A stretch of DNA of 64,000 nucleotides from Macrostomum lignano (Eukaryota). Location of the stretch: NCBI GenBank assembly GCA_002269645.1, contig NIVC01002507.1, positions 1 through 64,000 of the forward strand, read 5' to 3'. Each line of letters opens with the position of its first letter. Position 1 is the stretch's first letter. The position numbers were made by a program, and so were the translations under genes. Shown piece after piece: positions 55,437 to 63,997 of the stretch. Below the pieces are notes generated by a model that ran no database searches, had not been told where the DNA came from, and saw only the letters and a list, made by a program, of their open reading frames with translations.

Positions 55437-57150
55437 CTACTGTGCTGCTGCAGTGTGCCAATTCTGAAAGCATGGGACAGCACACAGCCCGGGCTCTCCT
55501 GGGCAACCAGCGCATACGAACACCGTTCTCTTGGCCGCACCATTGGTGTAGCAGACTCTGCATCGCTTTGTCGGCCTCGCATTAGCATCTGTCGGCGGCA
55601 GCTTCGATGGTGCGTGCTGTGAGACGGCCCTGCGCTTCGATGTATTTAGACGTTTGCCCCCGCTTGTCTGCTCCATGAGAGTGTGTAGATCGCAGCTTAC
55701 AAAAATTCAACGAATTTGATATCGCTTCCTCCTTGGCAGTTGCAGATCCAGGCATTACGGACCAACTGCAGTAAAATGTGGGACCCGAGCTTCTGGTGCC
55801 ATCTGTAGGTTCTTCTCCCCGCACTGTAAGGCTGCAGTGCTGCATCAAGGCAATGAACGCCTCCCATGTACTTATTGTACTGCAGCACCTAATTCGGCTT
55901 TAAAACTGACTCCTCCGCTCCGCCTCGGATCACTCGCCTCACTTCCGTGCTTTCAGCAACACCGTGCGTGTCCAAAAAGTACACAGTTTTGCGACCGCTT
56001 GCCTTCCTGTCTACCAGCTTGACTGCGAGAACATCGCCGCGGCGCATCTGGGAATGACTGACGGGTTGCAGGGGCAGCACTTTCAGCTCATTCGGCACAC
56101 CTCGATTGGGCCTCACCGTCCCAGTCAGTAAGGTACTGCGTTCCAGCAGAAACTGCGCCAGACGGAGCGATGTGAACCAGCTGTCACAGAAGACCTTGTA
56201 CCCTAGGTCCAGCAAATTTTTACTCAATTCAACGACGATCTTCTCGCTCATCGACAAATTCCCGCAGTTTAATCCATCTCCAAACTTGTCGTTATCCTGC
56301 TTAGCAGCATGTACATGAAAGTTCCACAGCAAACCTGTCGAAGCTTCCGTCAAGCAGTAGACCTTGCTGCCGAGTCTGACACGCTTGTTGGGCATGAACT
56401 GCCGGAAAATGAGCCTGCCCTTGTGCATGACCAGTTCCTCATCGACAGACGCCTCTTGACTTGGGCTGTAATTTGCTTGGCAAATATGGCGGGCAATGTT
56501 AAGAAAACGTCGAATCTTTTTCAAGGAGTCCTGGCGGTTGACGGTGGTGCAGTCGTAAAATCGAAGGACTGATAATATCTGCACAAACCGATCCCTTCCG
56601 GAAGTATTCGCCGCCGTAGAAGTCTCCCATGGACCAGTACATGTGCGTTTCGGGCTTCTTCACAAGACCCATGTACAGAACGATTGCTAGAGACTTCTTC
56701 ACCTCATTGTCGGTACACGGTCTCCAAGTTGATAGCAAATTGGGAAGAGCTCCGTCCTGATCTTCAGCTGTCAAATGTTGAAGCTCCATTTCAGCTCGGG
56801 CGTTGGTCCGAATGGCAGACACCAGATCAGCGGTGAGAAAGTGCTGCAGATAGAATTGCACCTGGGCCATTTTACCTTCAGGAGCTTGTGCTTGGATGTC
56901 TGGGTTCAGGCCAGGTACAGCGAGGAATTCGGGCAGATCGCTGAGACGCGAATCTTCACAATCGCGAATCTTGAGCAGCTGTCCATTCATTCTCGTTGGC
57001 GAACTCGACTCCATGCTCAGCTACTTCCACATTACTCTCATCATCTTCCTCGTCCAGCAACTCTCCATCGACACTCATATTCGCTGTCGCTGCCATCGCT
57101 GGTGAAAACAGGGGAACCTTCCATAATTGCAATTGCAGCCTCGTCAATGT
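55437..57150 (-). mobile_element. Decayed piggyBac transposase (PGBD/DDE_Tnp_1_7-like)
   Basis: Split minus-strand ORFs: acidic N-terminus; LAIVLYMGLVKKPETHMYWS; SVDEELVMHKGRLIFRQFMPNKRVRLGSKVYCL; VFCDSWFTS; TGTVRPNRG; YNKYMGGVHCLD (third Asp region altered); C-terminal RCRVC..VCAGCPGEPGLCAVPCFQNWH Cys-rich domain. Multiple frameshifts. Confidence 0.92.
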
Positions 57151-57550
57151 TATTAGCCATTTTGAGTCTCGCGTAAGGTGAATTAATTATACAGTAAAGT
57201 TCGACAAGTTGTTGGTATGAGGAAAATTGTACTGCATGATTCTGGATTGCTTTTACCATAGAAAGTTTTAAAATAAACTGTAGTATCAGTCAAGTGCAAG
57301 TTTTAGGACAGTTGGAAGCTAGTCAGTATAGTTAAGTAAGCTAGTCAGTATAGTTAAGTAAGCTAGGCAGTATTATCTGTGGGAATTTGTTGAGCCGTAA
57401 ATTGACACAGTGCTCTGTGGTAGTGGGAAAGAGATTGAAGCCCCATGGTACGCGTGGCATGCCATCCGTCAATAGTGACTGTGTGCGGAAAAAAGCTCAG
57501 TGCGCTACTGCATTTATGCTGATTTTACAACTGCAGTGAGTCAGCTATAC

Positions 57551-57918
57551 GCAGGGCCGTAGCCCAGCGGTAGCGCAGCTGCTCTGGTGTGCCAGCGACC
57601 CAGGCCCGATTCCAAGTGCAGTCACATTAATTTGGGGCTGAATTGGAATCTCGGCTTGGCTCTGCTCGTGCAATTAACGGCCTTGAGAGCCAACCCCCCA
57701 AGGCGCAGTGAAGTGTACATGCCTAACGATAAAATAAAGTTAGGGCCGCTGTACACTCCTGTGTGAGTGTGTGCCTGCGTACGTATCCGCGCGCTTGTGT
57801 GCCTGCTCAGGGGAGTCGGTGGAACGGGCAGTAATGCCTCTCGCCGGTTGTGTGCCTATGTCACTTAAAGTGCACCAGGGTGCACACAACCCTCTGCCTA
57901 TAATAAAAAAATAAAAAA
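57551..57918 (+). mobile_element. tRNA-derived SINE with 13-bp TSD
   Basis: A box TAGCCCAGCGG, degenerate B box GGCCCGATTCC, A-rich tail. TSD GAGTCAGCTATAC at 57538-57550 and 57919-57931; the single-copy empty site is in copy A at ~6919-6931. Confidence 0.9.
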
Positions 57919-58886
57919 GAGTCAGCTATACTATTTATGCAAAGGCGTCAAGTTTGATTTCATAATCCCTACTACTCGTATTATCAACTCTCTTTTCGTT
58001 TGCGACCAGACAGCTAAAATTGATGCTCAAAGGGTCTGCTGCCTTCTTTAACAATTAACATTATTTCACAGCTTATAGAAGATTCTCTAACTGTGCTCAA
58101 AGTTTTGCTTACAGTCCGAAGCCTTCGAGTGCAGTTTGTATTGCATCGGTTGTTGCTGTACAGCTGAAAATACAGATCTTTTCCACCTCCGCTTGCTTAG
58201 GTGAGCCTCCATGTCAAAGCCAGTCAGAACCACAACGGCATTGTCAAGATGGTCAGTCAGAATCTTCCATTTGCAGTTGAGCCCTTCCTCAGGCACAGGC
58301 TCTCCGTAAGTTTTAGGAATGATTCGATCTTCAATGAACTCGAGTTTTAGGCTGAGCTGGAACTCATTGGTGTTGCCACGCGGATAGCAGTACTGGTTGC
58401 CTGCCAGAGCTCTGAAGAAGAATGGGCGGGACAGTAGATTTATTGAAAATGGACAGTTAAAAGTTACTGGCCTACTTAATATTTGGTCTCCTAAACGTTT
58501 TTTCTAAGCTATTTTTGGCATAATGTGTTGTTGATTATGCGATTAATTGGCTTTTCGGTCGGTACTTCAGGTATTTCTTGCATATAGACCTGTTAAGTAA
58601 TATTTTTTATATTTTAATAATATATGGAATGTATTATTATCATTAGCTATGCTCTATACGCATGAACGTGTAGAAATGCCATCGATTTTGGGGGCACCAT
58701 TCTAGCCGAACTCAATACGATAAAATGGGTGAGTATCTACTTACTGTCCTACTGATAGTAAAAAAGACAAGAAAATTTCGTGTAAAGAACAAGTGCTTTT
58801 TAACCAGCTACAGTACTATGATATAATGTAATTGTCTTTAGTACAATAATGTACGTTGACAGTGCCAGACTCACAAGGACAGGCCC

Positions 58887-59462
58887 CATATTCGAAATCC
58901 ATCAGTAAAATCTACTCCCTTATTCGAAATCCATCAGTAAAAGCTACTCCCATATTCGAAATCCATCAGTAAAATCTACTCCCATATCCGAAATCCATCA
59001 GTAAAAGCTACTCCCATATTCGAAATCCATCAGTAAAAGCTACTCCCATATTCGAAATCCATCAGTAAAAGCTACTCCCTTATTTGAAATCCATCAGTAA
59101 AAGCTACTCCCATATCCGAAATCCATCAGTAAAATCTACTCCCTTATTCGAAATCCATCAGTAAAAGCTACTCCCATATTCGAAATCCATCAGTAAAAGC
59201 TACTCCCATATTCGAAATCCATCAGTAAAAGCTACTCCCATATTCGAAATCCATCAGTAAAAGCTACTCCCATATTCGAAATCCATCAGTAAAATCTACT
59301 CCCTTATTCGAAATCCATCAGTAAAATCTACTCCCATATTCGAAATCCATCAGTAAAAGCTACTCCCATATTCGAAATCCATCAGTAAAATCTACTCCCT
59401 TATTCGAAATCCATCAGTAAAAGCTACTCCCATATTCGAAATCCATCAGTAAAAGCTACTCC
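58887..59462 (+). repeat. 32-bp tandem array (CCATATTCGAAATCCATCAGTAAAAGCTACTC)~18
   Basis: Direct repeats with no unique spacers; abuts the AGTAGT terminus-like sequence. Confidence 0.97.
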
Positions 59463-59562
59463 AGTAGTAGTATGTTATAAGGGGCTGCGCCACACTTAAT
59501 TGCTCGGGCGCATTGCGCGCCAGCTCGCTGGATGACTCAGCCCCTTATAACATACTACTACT
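59463..59562. mobile_element. Maverick/Polinton-type terminus in a 25-bp perfect inverted repeat
   Basis: AGTAGTAGTATGTTATAAGGGGCTG ... CAGCCCCTTATAACATACTACTACT. (AGT)n ends are characteristic of Polintons. A degenerate second copy of the loop plus right arm lies at ~60402-60479. Confidence 0.7.
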
Positions 59563-59977
59563 ACCAGGAGGTCATGGATTCAAGTGGGGGTGTGATAAAT
59601 ATAAAAATACATATATCTGTGACTGAGGGTGTTGAGGGTGAGGGCATGTGGGGGCATTGGCCTGTGGTATATTTCACAGAACACAGAATTTCCGGAATTT
59701 TTATACTTTTAAAAAGGGGGGGTGCCCTCGCCCTCATGCCCTCACTCATTTTGAAAATCACTAAAAACAGGTGAAAAATGACTAAAAACAGGTGAAAATG
59801 GTCTGAAAACAGCGATTTTTTGTGATTTTCTAATTTTTTTAAAAAGTGCAATTTTCACGATTCCAGCTCTAAAACCATGAGAAAAGTTGGATCCTCGGGT
59901 CAATTTAATGCAATTTCAGGTATATACAATATGAAAGTGTCATCCAATTCAACGATAGTAAATTATATATATATAAA

Positions 59978-60109
59978 ATGGCCTTCAGTAAACCAATATT
60001 TCTAGGAAATGCTTTAGATATTCAGTCAGCTATAACAAAACTGCCACTTGTCAACTCTGCAACAATGAAAAGCAGCACTCAACATTTCTATTGGCTTGCT
60101 GAAACATGA
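59978..60109 (+). pseudogene. Truncated paralog of the PLA2-integrase N-terminal leader
   Basis: MAFSKPIFLGNALDIQSAITKLP matches MAFNKPLFLGSALDIQSAMTKLP at 61372, including the upstream TATAAAATG; homology ends at ~60047. Confidence 0.8.
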
Positions 60110-61371
60110 ATAAATTCTGATGCAGATTTTGCACAATAGAATTACTTCTGAATTGCAAAATAAAATTCTCCTTCACCCTGTGGGACTGAATGTATTCGAA
60201 TTGTAGACAGCATTGTTATCACGATGACTAAGAATCATGGCTTCTTCCATATCTTCATCACCTCTGTCTTCTATTCTCTCTGACTCACTCAAAAACCCTC
60301 CAGCATCATGCAAAGAATTAAAGGTTTAGATTAGCTGCGAACAGCCATTCATCAACTCCCCTCCAAGCTGCTACAGCATGCATTTGCAACCCACTTCAAT
60401 GCCACACTTATTGCTCGGGCGCATTGCGCGCCAGCTCGCTGCCGCTGGATGACTCAGCCCCGTATAACACACTGCTACTCACTCACTCTAGAGAGAAAAA
60501 ATCTGTCACTGCCACAGGGCAGTGGCAAGGCAGTGGCAGGGCAGTGGCAGGGCAGTGGCAGGGCAGTGGCAACCAATTAGCGGCTGGCATAAGACATTTT
60601 AGACAGCATTTAAGGGCATACCCAAAATAAAGTATCCGCAACAAGTGTCCTCTGCTTAAATTATCAGTTTTCATTCCGAACGAACAGAATGCCCGGAAAT
60701 CCAACTAGGCGTGCTAGAATACTTGTGAACACACAAGAGAGAAACAATTTGAGAGGTTTGATTCACACACAATACCCCAATACTAGCTTCGTCACGTCTA
60801 CAAATGAGAATCAATTCCTTGAGCATTATCGCGTATACTTCGACAAAATTGAGAACGACATTGCGATGCTTAGGCTAGTTAAAAAACCATTGCGAAGGAT
60901 CGTTCTATCTTAGAAAATCAACGCCAACTAGAAATCGAGCGCTCGCTAGATGTAGACGTTCCAGAGGCACCTCCGACATACGAGGATGCTCAACAACAAG
61001 CTGCTCAAAACCAAGCTGCTCAAGACCAAGCTGCTCAAGACCAAGCTGCTCAAAACCAAGCTGCTCAAGACCAAGCTGCTCAAGACCAAGACATGAGTGA
61101 CTAAGGACTATCACTGTGACTGTGACTAAGGAGGACTGTAAGGACTGTGACTAAGGATTGTCATTGTGACTGTGACTAAGGATTGTTATGCATCGTCTTA
61201 TAAGTTTCTTTTAAAATATACCAAGATCTTTTATCAGCCATCTGTTTTGTGTAACATGTCGCTTTGGATTATTGTCTCGACTTGTCTTAAAATTCAGTCT
61301 ATTAAGTACTCAATGGAATGTATACAAACACTTTACAAGTAAAAATAAAGAAATAAAAAAATCTCTATAAA

Positions 61372-61503
61372 ATGGCCTTCAATAAACCACTATTTCTTGG
61401 TTCTGCATTAGACATTCAGTCAGCTATGACAAAACTGCCACCCATCTTCTCTACTGGAAAATATCCTGGAGAATTTCATATTCCAGGGTATTCTTTTGCA
61501 GGT
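61372..61503 (+). CDS. Exon 1 of Maverick PLA2-integrase fusion (44 codons)
   Basis: MAFNKPLFLGSALDIQSAMTKLPPIFSTGKYPGEFHIPGYSFAG, the N-terminal half of a parvovirus-type PLA2 Ca2+ loop. It joins in frame to CCC GGT (PG) at 62395. Confidence 0.9.
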
Positions 61504-62394
61504 TACCTTGTGGCCTGAGTGAGGAAAGTCAATGTCCTTGCTAGTCATCGAGCAGAGCTCGCGTCCCTTCAGGGCGATCGATAAGCACTTGTTAAATTTT
61601 TTAAAGTAAAAATGGAGCAAAAAATTCGAGAAATTCTCTTGAAACCAATTGACGACAAGGTGGGGTATGACCAAATTCTTTGCGATTTATTTCAAGAAGA
61701 GCTAATAATTTCACACAAGATTAAAGTTATTCAAATGAGACTAGGTAGACTATATGAAGTTTTAGCAGAAAAATATTTTGGATTCGAAAAGGTAAAAAAG
61801 ATTGACCTGGTTCACGTTGAGCGAAAGATTGCATTAGAGCTTAAATCTTCTGATAACACAGACAATTCCTCAAGTCGTGAAAGTAACTATCGGAAACTAT
61901 TAGACTATAAAAAGTCTAATCCCACCTACCAGTTGTTTTATGTATGCATCAATAAAACTGCAAACGAACCTAAGAATATTTTACTAGACAATGGAATCAC
62001 CCTTAAAACAGGAGAATTTGCATTGAAATTTCTTTATCGGGATAAATACACAAACATTATAACCAAGGTTAAACAAGTGCTTAGTGAATGGCGACACCTT
62101 CAAATTGCGGGAACTCCTTCAATAGCCTCAAGTACCACTTCAGCTGAGAAATCTTCTGAAGGAACACAGGTAATTCCTGTTCCCAACGGTAACAAGCTTG
62201 AGGACATGGTGGAAATCCGCAGCCAAGCTCCTAAGTCCGATCTTTGATCGAGTACCTATGGTACGTCCATTAAAGTTGACAAGGATATGGAGAAGGTTCA
62301 GAGACTTTATGGAGGTGGGGCTGAAGGATCTGGTCAATCCTGATGATGCCTTAAGATAAAGTCCAGCCTCTTTCGAAAGACTGAGGATCAACTG
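61504..62394 (+). ncRNA. Group I self-splicing intron, subgroup IC1-like (891 nt)
   Basis: The 5' exon ends in U and the intron ends in G. P AAATTGCGGGAA 62102-62113; Q AATCCGCAGC 62214-62223; R GTTCAGAGACTTTATG 62296-62311; S AAGATAAAGTC 62353-62363. P1 CAGGU/GCCUG (61499-61503/61513-61517) with U.G at the splice site; P3 CACCTTC/GGAGGTG; P7 with bulged A62302. Confidence 0.93.
61612..62247 (+). CDS. Intron-encoded PD-(D/E)XK restriction-endonuclease-like protein (candidate homing endonuclease), 211 aa
   Basis: Motifs MRLGRLYEVL ... KIDL ... IALELKSSDNTDNSSS fit the E..D..(E)xK catalytic pattern. The ORF starts in a peripheral intron loop and reads into the ribozyme core. Family assignment is from recalled motifs only. 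Confidence 0.7.
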   Translation: MEQKIREILLKPIDDKVGYDQILCDLFQEELIISHKIKVIQMRLGRLYEVLAEKYFGFEKVKKIDLVHVERKIALELKSSDNTDNSSSRESNYRKLLDYKKSNPTYQLFYVCINKTANEPKNILLDNGITLKTGEFALKFLYRDKYTNIITKVKQVLSEWRHLQIAGTPSIASSTTSAEKSSEGTQVIPVPNGNKLEDMVEIRSQAPKSDL

Positions 62395-63621
62395 CCCGGT
62401 ACAAATTTAGACAAGAGACTCAATCCAATTACAGACCGGCCTCGGTATGACAGTCTACCAATTAACCCAATCGATTGGACTGCTTACTATCATGACAAAA
62501 ACTATAGAGATGCTGAAAACACTTCTTCAAATCCAGAGGAAGCTCTAGCAAAGAAGCATATAGCTGATGAAAAAATGATAGCTGATTTAGATGCTATTCC
62601 AACCAGTGACTTGTCTGTGAAAGAGAGACTCATTCGAAATCTAGTAAAGCGTATTATCAAGGCTAAAGTTCGGTTTGGATTAGGCATTCATACTCACAAC
62701 CCCAACAATTGTATAGACTGTCTAACAATTTATGGTAAGGGTCTTAGCTATGAAGATGCAGTAAAATTGCATAAAGAATATCGAAAGCCAAGAGTATTTA
62801 GAAAAATGATTCACTATGCAAAAGACACAATTTGGCATGCAGATATCATTATCCTACCGCCCGAAAGAGGTTACAAATATGCTCTAACTATCATAGATGG
62901 TTTTACACGTTACGCCTGGGCAGTTCCTTTGAAAACAAAGACGGGAGCGGAAGTTGCAGAAGCTTTCCAAAAAGTATTTAAGGAATCAGGAAGACGATCA
63001 GAGAGACTTTGTGTAGATGAAGGCAAGGAGTTTTATAATCAGCATATGTACAAGCTATACTCGTTTTCAAAAGACAACATTAGAAAGAAGGATGAAAGGG
63101 GTGAATATATAAACAAGATGTTTTCAATTTATGGCGAGTCCAAGAATGCAATGATTGAGAGGTTCAATCGTACTCTCACAAATAAACTCTGGTTTGAATT
63201 TGATCTACAGGGTAATCAGAAGTGGCTCCACACATTGCCAGCTATTGTTGAAAAATACAACAACACAATCCATTCTGAGATTCTGATAACTTCTTCAGAA
63301 GCATCTAAACATCCTGAGCGAGTACCAAAGCCAACTTTCGAGTATTCAAATGAGAAACCAAACTTCAAAGTAGGTGACAAAGTTCATATCTATAGATATA
63401 AGGAGCACTTTGAAAAGGGTCGAAGAGGATATTGGAAAATTTCAGAAGTGTTTAGGATAAAGAAAATAGTTTACTCCAATCCCATAACCTACATTATTGA
63501 GGATGAGAATGGAGAAGAAATCATTGGATCATTTTACAAATCCCAGCTTCTACCAGCAAATTTTTCAACTAAAAATGAGCGCCTATCGAACAAACTGCAA
63601 ACGGGCGAAAGGTCAGATTGA
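62395..63621 (+). CDS. Exon 2 of PLA2-integrase fusion: PLA2 catalytic half plus Maverick/Polinton retroviral-like DDE integrase
   Basis: PGTNLDKRL..PINPIDWTAYYHDKNY (DxxAxxHDxxY), then WHADII / YALTIIDGFTRYAWAVPLKTKT / VDEGKEFYN / IERFNRTL / YNNTIHS / FKVGDKV / TYIIEDENGEEIIGSFY. The DDE triad appears intact. Spliced product is 452 aa. Confidence 0.93.
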   Translation, partial: PGTNLDKRLNPITDRPRYDSLPINPIDWTAYYHDKNYRDAENTSSNPEEALAKKHIADEKMIADLDAIPTSDLSVKERLIRNLVKRIIKAKVRFGLGIHTHNPNNCIDCLTIYGKGLSYEDAVKLHKEYRKPRVFRKMIHYAKDTIWHADIIILPPERGYKYALTIIDGFTRYAWAVPLKTKTGAEVAEAFQKVFKESGRRSERLCVDEGKEFYNQHMYKLYSFSKDNIRKKDERGEYINKMFSIYGESKNAMIERFNRTLTNKLWFEFDLQGNQKWLHTLPAIVEKYNNTIHSEILITSSEASKHPERVPKPTFEYSNEKPNFKVGDKVHIYRYKEHFEKGRRGYWKISEVFRIKKIVYSNPITYIIEDENGEEIIGSFYKSQLLPANFSTKNERLSNKLQTGERSD

Positions 63622-63997
63622 AACGTCTGATTCACAACTACTAGCTGATAAAGAGGGTGAAGGAATTGGTGATATGATCAGTGGTGTCACAAACTTTTTA
63701 TCAAATCATGGAAGTAAAATTGTTAGTGGAGCTGATGCAATAGGTAAAACAGCTACCACAGCGAAGAACATATTCGATGCGAAGAAATCATACAGTGACA
63801 TGTCTAAAGCAGGTGAGGAACTGGAATATATTAAAAAGAAACGTAGAGATAAAGAAGCAAAGAAAAGAATGGAAGAAGAGCAACAGATAGCTTCTCAATC
63901 AAATAAGGCTATTCAAGATATTGTTAAAAAGGCTCTAGGAACAGCAGAACAGTCTCAAGTGTCTTTGAGACAAGGCAATGGTTTGAAGAAATTCTGA
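63575..63997 (+). CDS. Small Maverick ORF, putative virion core/membrane-active protein (140 aa)
   Basis: TAAAAATG start, GEGIGD and C-terminal GNGLKKF GxG motifs, amphipathic-looking segment IGDMISGVTNFLSNHGSKIV, charged helix. Resemblance to Maverick/adintovirus core proteins is inferred. Confidence 0.55.
   Translation: MSAYRTNCKRAKGQIETSDSQLLADKEGEGIGDMISGVTNFLSNHGSKIVSGADAIGKTATTAKNIFDAKKSYSDMSKAGEELEYIKKKRRDKEAKKRMEEEQQIASQSNKAIQDIVKKALGTAEQSQVSLRQGNGLKKF

Larger units (their letters stand above)
52436..58411 (-). pseudogene. Receptor-like gene, copy G (exon 1 missing)
   Basis: E2 58411-58113, E3 55050-54867, E4 54774-54527, E5 53268-53094 and E6 to 52436 are open. Intron 2 holds a piggyBac relic and a SINE; intron 1 homology breaks at ~58887; the tail is frameshifted relative to copy D. 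Confidence 0.8.

Noticed and set aside
55076-57528. Active piggyBac with TTAA TSD and TIRs
   Set aside because: The transposase has several frameshifts and an altered catalytic region. Only imperfect subterminal repeats (acggatggca..gcgtaccatg) were found, with no TTAA-flanked ends.
58887-59462. Possible CRISPR array (32-bp repeats)
   Set aside because: The repeats are contiguous with no unique spacers, there are no cas genes, and the context is eukaryotic.
60689-61114. Small ORF 60689-60913 and the antisense LEQLG-repeat ORF
   Set aside because: The first has no recognisable motif or TAAAATG start; the second is a translation of a 15-bp repeat. Neither could be supported as a gene.
62140-62391. 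Antisense ORF over the intron core
   Set aside because: Incidental open frame on the reverse strand of the conserved ribozyme, with no motif.
61502-62394. Spliceosomal intron explanation for the PLA2 interruption (GT at 61502-61503)
   Set aside because: The 3' junction is ...ACTG|CCC, not AG. The nearby AGs (62378-9, 62384-5) give a stop or the wrong frame. Only the U|...G| group I junction restores G-P-G-T.
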